Notes: generated from the letters alone by a model not told the origin. A stretch of 64,000 bases of DNA from Octopus vulgaris (GCA_951406725.2 OX597826.1:32736001-32800000), one strand, 5' to 3'; positions 13,698 to 27,699 are shown, counted from the stretch's first letter. Numbers and translations are program-made.

Positions 13698-13739
13698 GTC
13701 ACTGATGAGGTCACAGATGGGTGATGAAAGAACTCTGAC
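13698..13739 (+). ncRNA. Hammerhead ribozyme-like motif
   Basis: GTCA-CTGATGA-G-GTCAC(agatgg)GTGAT-GAAA-GAAC-TC-TGAC; stems I and II pair, stem III is marginal. Confidence 0.5.
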
Positions 13740-13765
13740 AGACATATAAACAAAAAATAATAGAA

Positions 13766-14151
13766 TCAAGAGAACTCAGAGCGCACATACCTCCACTAAG
13801 GCAACATCAATGTCCTCTTAACGATTAGCCAGAGGATGATTTTTAAAATGAGAATATCTGAAATAAATTTGACTGTTCTCACAAATGAGAATACTAAAAA
13901 TTAACCCGACCACTCTAAAAAATTTAGTTAAAAAACTGGAAAAATAATTTAGAATCCTTGTTCGGTACCAGATCGATCCCAAAATCTAATCAGTTTATGC
14001 CAGTCATGAGGCCAAACATCACTGAAAGTTTCATCTGAATCCATCCAGCGGTTCTTGAGAGATCTTGTCCACAGACAAACAAACAAACAAACAAACATGA
14101 CTGAAAACAATACTTCCACCTTTGCTTCCCCCTTCACTAAAGTGGAGCTAA
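13766..14151 (+). mobile_element. DINE-1/Helentron-like non-autonomous element
   Basis: Subterminal TACCTCCACT (13788) inverted to AGTGGAGCTA (14141), 3' hairpin TACTTCCAC...GTGGAGCTA, internal (CAAA)n at 14074-14096. Confidence 0.55.
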
Positions 14152-14617
14152 GCAATAGTGAAGATTGAATAAAGAGTGCATGTGTTTAATTGGCAAAATA
14201 AAAAGAAATGGCCATCCCCAAGTATAACAATATTTGTTTCAACATACGTCTTCACATCAAGAATCTTGCAAAGCGATTTCATAAGACTATCATGTTTTAT
14301 TGATAACAATGTACTACATCACAATATTTATGATTTTTGTAGGCGTGGCTGTGTGGTTAACAAGCCTGCTTCTCAACTATGTGGTCTTGGGGTCAGTCAA
14401 ACTGCCTGAGTAGCACCTTGGGTCAGTGTCTTCCATGGTAACCCTGAGTTGACTAAATCTTGTGAGTGGATTTGCTGGACGGAAACTGGAAGAAGACAGA
14501 TGTTAAAGGATGATAATGATTACAATGATGATTATGATGATGACTATGATGATGACGATGCCGATGATGTTAACAACAATGATGACAATAATGACGACAA
14601 TGATAATGATGATTATA

Positions 14618-14667
<50 letters not shown>

Positions 14668-15350
14668 GATAATGATGATGATGACGGGGATGATGATGAT
14701 GATGATGATGATGATTATAATATGATGATGATGATGGTGGTGGTAGTGGGGATGAAACACTTGATGTGTGCAGATCAAAAAGTAATTTTCAGACGATGAA
14801 AGGAACTTAATTGTTAATGGGAACAGGCATAATTTTCCCGTGAAAAAACTGAGAAATGAAAATTGTCTTATCACACACAAAACTTCAACACACATAATTT
14901 CCTGCAGCAATAAGCCAAATGTTCTCTAAAAGAGTTGACTCTCATGTTCTTTTTATAAGCTTTCTCTATAAAGTTCTTGAATATTCTGGCAGCAATTCCA
15001 GGAACTGAGATTAAAGCTTTCCTTTAGGATAGCATGCCTACCACAAGCTTACATCACAGACACTTGGTTAAATATTACAATATACAGTATAACAGTTCAC
15101 CAACAATTCTGCCAAATATGGTAATGCTGTTAGGAAACTAGTTTGGTTTTAGTAATCGAAACCCAAACATTTGTGTTCAGTCTTTGAGAAAATATATAAC
15201 TGCTACAAACTTGAGTTTCCACAACTCTAATAATTTAGCATTGTTTTTATCTTTACAGTTCTATATTTAAGAGATGAGGAATTATGTACATTATTTATAT
15301 TATTTACATCATCATCATCATCATCATTATAATCATTATAAAAAAAATAT

Positions 15351-15810
15351 GGAGACCACTTCCCCCTGTGGGATGAAGTTAAAATAATAGACAGAGAACA
15401 CCACTGGAAAATACGGAAACTAAAAGAAGCAGCACATATACTAGGACACAACAACCTCCTAAGCAGACCGAGTGCAAATATGAGTAGCATATGGGAACTG
15501 GTATTAAGGAAAGATAGAAAAATATTAGATTCATAAACCCTAAAATTCACTCCATATAATTGCCCACAGGCAAATAGCATAGTGGTTAAGAGCATGGGCT
15601 ATTAACCCCAAAATTCCGAGTTTGATTCCGGGCAGTGACCTGAACAATAATAATAATAATAATAACAACATTGAAAAATACCTTAGGAATGAGAACTCAG
15701 GTTCGAAATTTCCCCAAGACACCTGATGAAGGCTGGAGGGTATATCAGCCGAAACATTGTGTTAACAACAAACAAGATGAGGACAAATATCCGTCAAATG
15801 TAAATAATGT
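15351..15810 (+). mobile_element. Penelope-like element 3' end: GIY-YIG C-terminus plus pLTR with tRNA-like segment and hammerhead motif
   Basis: 15351-15536 reads GDHFPLWDEVKIIDREHHWKIRKLKEAAHILGHNNLLSRPSANMSSIWELVLRKDRKILDS*; tRNA-like 15569-15640; CTGATGA-A-GGCTG...CAGCC-GAAA at 15723-15754. Confidence 0.75.
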
Positions 15811-18263
15811 TTTATCTTTATCAAGCATGTTTCACTCACAAATCATAGTTTTAAGTTTTGGCACAAGGCCAGCAAGCTCGGGGTGGGGGTGATGGTTAGT
15901 TGATTACATCGTCTCCCAGAGCTCAACTGGTACTTGTTTTATTGATCTCTGGAAGGATGGTGTAATGTATCCATTGTGCCTGCTTGAATTGTCTCAGGGC
16001 TAATCATAAATCTCTTTCTTTGCTTCAGAACCCTACATGTGGTGTTGCGATGCTTATCTCATAGCTGGTACTATCTGACAATATATTCACTCACACTGTA
16101 CATGTCAGAATGCTATAACATCTTGCAACGATTCTCCAACAAAATAAAAATTGCTATAGTTGTATTTAGTGAATGTTTATTCTTCGTTTACAAGCAGCTC
16201 ACATGTAATCCTTGCATTACCAACCAACCAATCAACCAAAGAAAACACTCATATACTCACTAAAAATGGAAAAGACAATCTTGGAGGAACTTGAACTCAG
16301 AATGTATAAAGATGGACAAAAAGCCACTAAATTTTTTGCCTGGTCTGCTAACGATATTGCCAGCTTGCCATCTTATTTCACTCATTAATATTGGTTTCAA
16401 ATTTTGGCACAAGGCCAGCAAGCTCAGGGAAGGTGTAAATTGATAACATTCACCCCAGTATTTAACTGGTACTTATTTTATCAGCCCTGGAAAGATAAAA
16501 AGCTAAGTCAACCTTGAAGGAATTTGAACTCAGAACATAATGACAGATGAAATGCAGCTAAGCATTTTAACCAGCTTGCTAGCAATTCTCCCAGCTCTCC
16601 ACCCCTATTGCTCATCTATTTGTATTAGAAACCTTTACTCTGTCCACAACAACCTCGGGTATCATGTAATATCCTGTTGTTTACACAGCAGTGACTGTTG
16701 ATTCATTAACCTCTCTCCTGTTATGGCAGGAGACATCTGATACCAATGTTGACTTTAAAAAAGGCTTCGAACTTAAACAGCTAAAAACACTGTCGAAGCA
16801 ACATAACCAGTTATTCATCCATTATATTCAGTCAACTATACAGTTTGAACTTCACTGGCTCATCATTTATTTGAATAATCTCTTTATCTTATGTACTTTC
16901 TCCGCACTCACTTTGTCTCCGTCTCTCTTTGATCAATGCTAAAGTTAATTGCTTTAATATTATTTATCTTCAGGTTTCTTCGACATTCATCTTTCTTAAC
17001 AATGACCAGGACGCTGCTCTCTGAGTCCCATGAGCCAATAGTTCTTCCTGTGTAAACTGACAGTCTGGAGCTGATATGTCAAACAACCAGAAGTCACTGC
17101 TAACTATCTGACCAAACAAGTTCACTAAGTAAATGCAGGATAAATTAAACATTAAAGATACACCAAAGATGGATGACAGAGAATTTCCATGTAAAGCTTA
17201 GAATACAATAACATAGATTTGGGATTTAATTCTTGGTGAGGGGCAGCAGTGATATTTATATAAATTGCAGCATTCATCTTCTCAGGAATACCTGAAGTAG
17301 GAAATATATAAAGTCTTTAGCTTCCATTTCGTAATTTGCTTCATTTAATCTTCAGATTTGTTTGACAGTTGTTAGTATTTCTGACAAATGACTTGTTAAC
17401 GACTCTTGATCATTATGGATGTAATTTAGTCATCCTACAGTCTTGCAATATATAAAGCATTTAAATTAGTTTTACATTCCCATCAAAATGTTAGAAGCAT
17501 AGACAGAAACATTTCTGTGTTAGAGAACATTGAAGAATTTGGAAATATACCACAAATAAAGATTGATTCTATGTTAATGAAAGACAAGTTTGTCTTTTCT
17601 TAAGATACACATACACATAAGATACACATAAGATACACATAAGATACACATGCTTAAAATAATTGTATGGTTATGTCATGAATTTTTGCTGCATAGTTTT
17701 GTTGTTTACCCCAAGGTCAGTTCTGATCAAGCAAGGCTGTGATCAAAGACGTTCTAATCATGACCATTCCATTTTTTTTTCTGTATTTACCAAGAACCCA
17801 GAACTTTGCCTAAGATAGCAGGGTGTGAGTAGATGAAGACTTGACTGCTCCTTCTAGAAGGTCTTGTAACCATGTAGTGGATCCCTTATTGGCTTACATT
17901 TAATTTGAATTTTTTATATATATATATATATGTACACACACAAAGACACAGACACAAAGACACACACACACACAAACATGCACACATCACACACATACAC
18001 GCATAGAAACACGTATTTATTTATTTATTTATTTATTATTCATTGACAGTAACTTTGAAGTTTTGACCTACTTGGCCTTCACCAGTCCAATGAAGGCTAA
18101 GCTGGGCAAAACTTTGAAATCAAGATTAATATCATTATTATTATTTTTGTTGAAGAACAACGGATATGTTGTCTATAAAGATATTAAGTAATCCTTCAGT
18201 TGAACGTAAAACTGATTTTATAACTTGACATAAAAATCAAACATTAACATATATATATATACA

Positions 18264-18307
<44 letters not shown>

Positions 18308-18355
18308 AATATTTGTTGTGCAAGATTTTCTATGTGAAGTCGTGTGTTGAAACAG

Positions 18356-18497
18356 ATATTGTTATATTTCGGAATGGTCATATTGCCAGTTTAGCCAATA
18401 AAAACACACGCACTGAAGCAAAATAACACCAAATATATAGTGCGTATGTTTTTATTGGCTAAACTGGCAATATGACCATTCCGAAATATAACAATAT
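18356..18497. repeat. Near-perfect inverted repeat, 59-bp arms, 24-nt spacer
   Basis: ATATTGTTATATTTCGGAATGGTCATATTGCCAGTTTAGCCAATAAAAACACACGCACT and its reverse complement with one mismatch. Confidence 0.95.
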
Positions 18498-18975
18498 ATA
18501 TATACATATAGGAGAGTATTGTAGTTCGCTTGAAGCACTGTGTATTGTTTGTAAAGAATAAAAAGTTTTGAATGGTACAACTATGCACTATAATACAGAC
18601 AAAGGGCTGTATACCTGTTGTAATTTAGTCATCCATAGTCTGATATGATATTTCAGAATATTATTCCTTCTTCATATATTCTGAGATGGAGTTGCTGCTA
18701 TAATCAGTTTTCTAACAGCTTTTCTTTTTTATTTTTTGGAAGCATTTCAGCAGTGGTCTCACGATGCTCCTTCTGGAATTCCTCATGATAAGTGTGTGAG
18801 GTCAGCCATGTCTCCGTCTTGTGTGTGCTGGTACATCCTTAGCGCTGCTTCTAAATTATGTATTATATATGCAGCCTCCCTTTTTCCCTTCTTTTTTCTC
18901 TTCTCTTCTTTTTTTTTGTTATAAATTACAGATGAGCATATTATCAAAAATAAACCTACACGCATCTAGATGTAT

Positions 18976-19215
18976 CTAAATAATGTATTGATTACCAACC
19001 TCCAGCCTGTTGTTAATTTGAGGCCCTAGTCGTTGTATGAGTATAGCTTCCTTAATTCTTAAATTACCCAAATTTCTTTCATTGGCCTCAATTGTAACTG
19101 TTGTACTTTTGTCAGTGTCCCAGCATCTGTCTAGCTGTTTTCTGAAGGAGGAAGCTCTTGTGTTCAGATGTTCTTTGATGCATACCTCTCCTCCACTCAT
19201 CCCCTATAGAATGCT
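18976..19215 (-). pseudogene. Penelope-like GIY-YIG endonuclease fragment
   Basis: FY(R)G...CIKEHL...SSFRKQL...IEANERNLGNLRIKEAILIQRLGPQINNRLE resembles YIG / RIKEH / KEA.LI....P.IN motifs. Confidence 0.7.
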
Positions 19216-19744
19216 TTGGTTGTGTTGAAGTCACTCAAAGTTGACCCGGGACAGCATAGTTGCTTGAGAGCAACGCAACACTCACGGTGCTATAACAATG
19301 ACAACAGCAACAATTACAACGATGGCAATGATGATAATGATGATGATGACAATGTTAACTAGGACAATGATGATGATGTTGATGATGATATCTTATTTCT
19401 TCAGTAATGATTGGTGGAAAACCAATTTCAAATTTTGGCACAAGGCCAGCGATTTCGGTGGGGAGGGGAGAATTAGTTAATTACTGGGACCCCAATGCTC
19501 AACAAGTAATTATTCATTTTTCAAACCCCAAAAGGGATGAGAGGCAAACTCAAACTTGGCAGAATTTTGTAGATAAAATGCCACCAAGCATTTTATCCAG
19601 CATTCTAACAACATTGCCAGCCCACTGTTTCTTTCTTCATCATCCATCATTTTGAATCAGGGTTTTGTCCCTGTTAACAGGGGTGGCTGGACCTACCTCA
19701 ATGCCATAGCAACTGCCCTCACACAACTCCTATACACCTTTTCT

Positions 19745-19961
19745 CTTAGTTGTTTTAGTCCTTTGACTGTGGCCATGCTGGAGCACCACCTTTAGTCAAG
19801 TAAGTCAACTCCAGAACTTATTCTTTCTAAGCCTAGTACTTATTCTATAGGTGTCTTTTGCCGAACCACTAAATTACAGGGACATAAACACACCAGCATC
19901 AGTTGTCAAGCGATGTTGGGAGGACAAACACAGACACACAAACATATACTTACACATACAT

Positions 19962-20038
<77 letters not shown>

Positions 20039-20194
20039 ACAGGCTTCTTTCAGCTTCCGTCTACCAAATCCACTCACAAGGCTTTGGTTAGCCCGAGGCT
20101 ATAGTAGAAGGCTCTTGCTGAAGGTGCCTCGCAGTGGGACTGAACCCAGGACCATGTGGTTGGTAAGCAAGCTACTTACCACACAACCACTCCT
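19745..20194 (-). mobile_element. SINE family A, full length
   Basis: Homology to other family A copies; internal (AT)n. Confidence 0.85.
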
Positions 20195-20420
20195 GAGAAC
20201 CTTTTCCCATATTTCCTTATTTCCCTTGTTATTGAAGATTTACCCTCGCTATGAGACCATGTCTGATGGAGGAACAGAACTTCAAGAACATTCTCTCACA
20301 TTTGCCTATGATACAGCTGAAGGATGTGTGTGTTTATGGGTATATGTGTGTTTATGTAAGTGTGTACAAATGTATGAACGTATGTGGGCATGTATGTGTG
20401 TGTGTGTATATGTATATGCA

Positions 20421-20690
20421 TGAGTGTATTTATGTATGAATGTATGTATGTGTATGGATATGTGTGTATATATGCGTGTGTATATGTGTGTGAGTGTGTT
20501 TATGTATGAATGTATGTATGTGTACGGATATGTGTATATATGCATGTGTATATGTGTGTGAGTGTGTTTATGTATGAATGTATGTATGTGTACGGATATG
20601 TGTGTATATATGCGTGTGTATATGTATGTGAGTGTGTTTATGAATGTATGCATGTTAATGGATATGTGTGTATATATGCCCGTGTATGTG
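20421..20690. repeat. ~69-bp unit tandem repeat, ~4 copies, built from GT/AT microsatellite
   Basis: TGAGTGTGTTTATGTATGAATGTATGTATGTGTACGGATATG recurs at ~20421, 20490, 20559, 20629. Confidence 0.8.
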
Positions 20691-21519
20691 TGTGTATGTT
20701 TATGTGAGCATATGTATTTATGTATGATTGTATATGTGTGTGTGCATGTATGTATGCATGTATGTAGGTATGTATGTATTATGCATGCGTATGTTTATGT
20801 TTATACATGCATATATGCACATACGTACATACATATATATACATATACACACACATATATATTTATATATAGGTACATATGTATGTGTATGTTTGTGTTT
20901 GGATATACGTGTAAATGTATGTATATCCAAATGTATGTGTGTGTGTATGAATGTACATTCGTATGCATGTACATCTGTACTTACGTCTAAAGAAATTCCA
21001 TCACACTTACCAATTTATCGATAACATGAAGGAGAATGAAGTGATACGACATCAATAAAAAGTTGGTTTGTTGTTGAACCATAACTCTTTATGCCATCAG
21101 TTCAAAAAGATATCTATTTTTGCCTGGCAGAGAGCAGTACCAGCACTTGAAGCAACGTTTTTCCTCAGATTTTTTTTCAGAATTAAAAGGTGGATAGAAA
21201 AATAAAAAAAAAAATTAAACACATTTAAAAAAAAAAGATAAAGAAAGAAAAATTCTACCAACTTTAAATGGAATGAAATTTCATGTGCACCTGAAATTTG
21301 GCATTAAACATGTCACACACATGGAATCATGCATTTACCATCTGTCTCAGAAGTTTTCTGGATTTTATATTTTAAATATATTTTTTCTCTGTCTCTGTTA
21401 ATTTAATACTACTTTAAAAAAATTTTTTTTTGTCAGCAAAGATTGGATGGAAAACTTGTTTGAGGTGGTGTTATACAGCTAGATGTCCTTCCTGTTGCCA
21501 ACCCTTAGCTGCTTTTCAA

Positions 21520-21945
21520 GTACTAGATTTTTCTGTTATGCATAAGTTACATTTCTAGAATCCATTAATATATGGCTTGGATTTCTTCATGATTCTCCAC
21601 TTGATTGCATGCGGTGTGGAGTTGGTCTTCAAATACCATGTATGGCTAGCTGACTTAGTTGCATTATTTTAGTTGATGTGCTGGAAAGAAGATAAGTAGT
21701 TTGCGTAATAGCGTTTGAAATGAACTTCACATAATCTGAAGTAATTCTTCTCATCAATTGAATTATCTCGAAACATTGATGGTATTCCTGCCACATATAT
21801 GATGGAGTTTATCATATACACCCGGCCAAGTGGGCAAGCTTCTGGAGTCTTGTCAATTACGGCTGGCAGTGGGCTCTTTGGTGATTTTACAAGTTATAAT
21901 GTTCTTCATATTGAGGCAGCAGCTGTAGGATATTTTGAGTGTCTG
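21520..21945 (-). pseudogene. Penelope-like (Neptune-type) GIY-YIG region, decayed
   Basis: Minus-strand peptides [58 protein letters not shown] and KCNLCITEK, broken by stops and frameshifts. Confidence 0.75.
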
Positions 21946-21987
21946 CTAAAAGTCATTGCATATGTGTGCATGTGTATATATACATAC

Positions 21988-22071
<84 letters not shown>

Positions 22072-22094
22072 ATATGTATGTGAATATGTATATA

Positions 22095-22430
22095 TCATCA
22101 TCATCATCATCATCATCGTTTAGCCTCTGCTTTCCATGCTATCATGGGTTGGACGATTTGACTGAGGTCTGACGAAGCAGATGGCTGCACCAGGCTCCAA
22201 TCTGATCTGGCAGAGTTTCTACAGCTGGATGCCCTTCCTAACGCCAAACACTCTGAGAGTGCAGTGGGTTCTTTTACATGCTACCGACACAAGGGCCAGT
22301 CAGGCGGTACTGGCAACAGCCATGCTCAAATGGTGCTTTTTATGTGCCACCTGCACAGTAGCCAGTCTAGCGGCACTGGCGATGACTTCGCTCGAATGTT
22401 TTTTCATGTGCCACCAGCACAAGTGCCAAT
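22095..22430 (-). mobile_element. Retroposon 3' segment ending in (TGA)n (family D)
   Basis: GGCGTTAGGAAGGGCATCCAGCTGTAGAAAC...CGTCCAACCCATG...(TGA)n; homologous to 28065-28840, 37700-37915, 5460-5580, 54940-55080. Confidence 0.7.
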
Positions 22431-22993
22431 AAGGCTTTTATATATATATGTGTATGTATACACATATATATATATACACACACACACACATAATCATATA
22501 AATGTATATGTATATATATGTATATACATATGACATTTATCATATATATGCACACATACATAAACATATGCATATGTATGAATATGTATATATATACATG
22601 TGTGTATATATATATATATGTGTGTGTGTGGGTGAGTGCGTGTGTGTGTGTATATATATTCATATATACACATATTTAGGTATGTATATACATTTTGTTG
22701 ATGACATAACAACTTATAAACTTTTGAAAGAATGTTAAAAAGTTCATTTTTAGAACATTGGCTTTTGAGACACATCATATCAAGGTAAAAATAATAACAT
22801 GTAAATATTAATTTTTAAAAAAAATCCCTTTTGGATAGAATAACTGAAAGAAAGTAGCACTCAATACATTAGGTAGGAGTTACATATATCATTTATCAAC
22901 AGTTGACTCAGTTCCAGATGTCTTACAGTTTTGAGGACACATTCTTCCTCTTAGATACATACACATATTTACATGCATATACATATGTATGTT

Positions 22994-23025
<32 letters not shown>

Positions 23026-23730
23026 TGTATGTATGTATGTATGCATGTATGTATGTATGTATGTATATATGTATGTATGTACGTATGTATGTATGTATGT
23101 GTGTATGCATGAATGTGTGCATACTCACACAAATATATGCATCCATATCTATATAGCTCTATAGACATACAAACAGTTACTAATATATATATATTTATTT
23201 ATATATATCATATATATATCAGTGTTTTGATCTGTTTAAGCCAATTATTGTCACCATTTCGTAAGTGAATGTACCATTGGGTTTACTCCATCAACACAAT
23301 ATATTAATATATAATTAATAACCAATTTGTTTTGCTAATTAAGCTCTTCTTGTACAGATATGACACAATAATAATTTAATTTCGATGATATTTTATTAAA
23401 ATATTGTCAGATAACATCTCACACTAACCAGTCTGTGATTTTAGATATTTCAGATAAGAGGATACAAGAAAAAATTAATTTTGGTGGAGTAATGATAGTG
23501 GCGGCAGTGATGGTGGCAATGATGATGTCTCTTAGCTTTTCAAGAATAAAAAGTAGAAGTTAAAAAATAAAATAAAAACAAATAAAAAAACAGCCAGTTA
23601 TCTAGACTTTCTGAAGTGTGTTATATTATGACAAAAGATAAAATTTAGTGGTTGAAAAGAATAAATAAAAATTCTAATTTATAACAATGGGTATAACAAT
23701 GACAATTCTGCAATAATAATAATAATAGTC

Positions 23731-23787
<57 letters not shown>

Positions 23788-23929
23788 TAATATATAATAA
23801 TAATAATAAAAATAATATATAATAATAATAAAAATAACAGTATAATAATAATAATAATAATAATTAAAAAATAATAGTATATAATAATAATAACAAAAAA
23901 TAATAGTATATAATAATAATAAAAATAAA

Positions 23930-23989
<60 letters not shown>

Positions 23990-24236
23990 CATAATGAGAT
24001 GGCAGTGATAATAAACTATAAATTTATTTATTTATCTATTTAACTGTTTTGAGTTCCAGAATGTGTGGACGTGATTTTTTTTTTATGTATCTGTTTGTTT
24101 CCTTTTTCTTTTTGCTTGTTTGTTCTGTTTATCAGTATTTATTTCTCTGTTTATTATGGCCATGTATGTTTGATATCGGTTGTTATTAATACATACATAC
24201 ATACCATACATATTGGCATACATATGTAAGTATACC

Positions 24237-24317
<81 letters not shown>

Positions 24318-24997
24318 ATATGTATATATATATATATATGTATATATATATACACACATATATATATACACACATATATATATACACACATATATATATA
24401 TACTTATATATATATATATATATATATATAAATATATATGTGTGTGTGTGTGTGTGTACCCACACTCATATATGTTTAGACAGTTGTCGGCGCTTAGCTC
24501 TATTCAGGCACCGAAGTACCACTTGCCTTTGCCAAAATACTTATACAACATCTACAACAAGTTCGTGGCAATTTCCATTGATTTCATTAATATTTTTGAA
24601 GAAACATCAAAGCTTTTTGGGGGGCTTCGAAGTTTGAATAGCCATCGCTGTGTTTTGGACATCTGTACAACATTAATCTCTCTTCTTTTTCCTTCTCTTT
24701 CTCTCTCCCTATCTATCTCTTTTTTTTTTTTTTCTCTTTATCTATTGCTTACCTTTGTCTGATCTCTGGGTAGCGGTGAGGAACTAATATACAATGTTAT
24801 TTGCCTGCCTGAGTTTTCGGTCTCCCATTGTGTTTCTGCAACTACTAAAAACCTACTTTGTCTCATTATAGTTGCTGATCTAAACTTGTAGGAATTAAAA
24901 ACACAATACATTGTAACACCATCACCACCACTACCACGGCCACCACCACCACCATCACTACCACCCATGCACAAACATGGAGATAATAGTCCTCATG

Positions 24998-25056
<59 letters not shown>

Positions 25057-25074
25057 ATACATACATATATATGT

Positions 25075-25138
<64 letters not shown>

Positions 25139-25240
25139 GTATAGCTATCAACAAAAGGAGAGCAGGAGGACAGTGAAAAGCAGAGCTATATATATATAAG
25201 TACATTCATTCATACATACATATATACATATATATATATA

Positions 25241-25281
<41 letters not shown>

Positions 25282-25459
25282 ATATGTATATATGTATGTA
25301 TATATATATATATATATGTATACACATATATACTTATATACTTACATATATGTATATATTTACATAGATAGATACATATATACCAATGGGTTTACTCCAT
25401 CAGCACAATACATTAGTATATAATACATATAACATATATTCATATATATACATATATAT

Positions 25460-25492
<33 letters not shown>

Positions 25493-25493
25493 C

Positions 25494-25561
<68 letters not shown>

Positions 25562-25835
25562 GTGTGAGTGTATATGTATGTTGTATTGAAATTTCTATCC
25601 GTTTCATCTTTCATGGCTAACCATGGGTATGTTTTGTTAGTTTTTAGGCTTTTTTTTTTCGACTTGTAACTCTGCATCTTGCCTTTGTTTGTTATCTTCC
25701 ATTACCATCATTGTATCGGCATTAAACAAATAGAATTGGTTTATTAAAGTGTGAAAATAAAAATAACTGTCCACTCAGCCGCTTCATAAGTGTGATGGTG
25801 ATGTTACTGATGATGGTGGTGATGGTGGTGACAGA

Positions 25836-25866
<31 letters not shown>

Positions 25867-27699
25867 TGGTGATGATGTTCATGCTGAAGCGAATGCTCTT
25901 GATGATGATCACAATGGCAATGATGATGACCATGATGATGATAATGATGGTGATGATGATATGTTCACGATGCTGCTGCTGCTGATGACGACAACAATGA
26001 TGATGATTATGACTGTGATGACCATGATGATGATGATGATGATGATGACAATAATGACAATGACAATGATGATGATGATGCTCATGATGGTGATGATGAC
26101 GATATCAGTGACGACAACGTTGATGAAGATGATGTATCTCCCTCACTACTTTCAATGATGAGCATTCAGTCACCCAAGGGAACAAACTTCACTAAACTAT
26201 CAAGCACGTGGCTGAGTATTCCAGATATGACTGCTCTTAATGTACTTTTCAAGCTAAATCAACATGACACAAACAACCCAATATATTATTGATACAACCG
26301 CCATGACAGGATTCCACACAGTTTCTGTTTACCAAATGTCACTGATGAAGCTTTGATTGTTCCAAGAATGAGAAAAAGAAAACCCCTGCATCACGCTCAG
26401 TGATTGAACTCACTTACTCGTGATTACGAAGTGAATTTATTAAACACTTACTGATGTTTGCATCATATATTTACACACATACAGGCACTCACACATACAC
26501 ACATATAGAGACACTCTCACGCTCATACACACACATTTATGGATGTCTACAGTTTAGATGTGTTTTGTTTGTTCTTACTTTTTATGATGTAAAGCACTTT
26601 AACACAGCTTGAATGAACTCATCATCACCATCACCATCATCAACATCGTCGTCATCATCACCATCATCCCCATCATCCTCATCTTCACCATCACCATCAT
26701 CTTCATCATCCCCATCATCATCATTATCATCATCATGAGCATCACCATCACCACCACCACCACCACTATCCCATTATCATCATCTTCAACATCATCATCC
26801 CTTGTTTTAGTTTCACTTTACCATGCTGTTCTTGGTCAAATGGATATTTTCTGACCTTCATGAAACTGCTTTCCATTCTGTAATCCACAGAGTTCCATAT
26901 TCTAATGTTTGCCTAATTATTCTCTTTCATTAAAATTCCAAACAAATTTATATTCCAAACACCAGCTTAATAATGACACAGTTATTTTACTAAATTCTTC
27001 ATAATTTTCAAATTAATTCCATCAAAGGCAATGTATTTCAATAGGAATATGGTAATGAAACTGTTAATAGCAAGACATTGTGACTGTTACCATTCCTTTT
27101 AGTGACTCCCCCACCCCAAAACATGTGAGAACATAGTGTACTAATTCCAAACCAAAGATGCACATGGTAACATTTATGTTTGATGGACACTTTTTGTCTA
27201 TTGCTGGTATGTTGCTGTGCCTTTTAGCACTATATTTATATGTGAGATACTTTCTCAAGTCAAACACTGCAGTTTCGTGGCTTTCTCACAGTATATCCAC
27301 ATTAACTGGATTACGCTGATTTTCTGGTATTGCCTGAATAGCCTAAACATAATGTCCACTGGATTCCCATTAAAGTGGTAATGAACAACACACAGAAGAA
27401 AAGATAAAATAAAAAAAAAATAGACAATCAATTATGCTGCCGTCTTGTAGTTGTATGTGTTTATGGCTCATTGTTTTTGGCATCCTTTTTAGCTTTTTAG
27501 TAAAAATTGTTTGCCAGCATAACATGGCAGTCCTATTTAGGACGAATATTGCTGTAATTTAGCCCCAGGAGATATCATCTCCAGCTGGTTATACAACATG
27601 ATCTGCATCCTTATGTTTTCAAATAAGGGAATCTAGCACTCCGACTCAGCTCAAAACAATATTTATGTATCGCGCTTTCTGGCTTATTATTGCCATGTT

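Noticed and set aside
12808-14799. Acidic D/E-rich ORFs as possible biomineralisation or chaperone proteins
   Set aside because: Pure GAT/GAA microsatellites inside or next to repeats, with no supporting splice context
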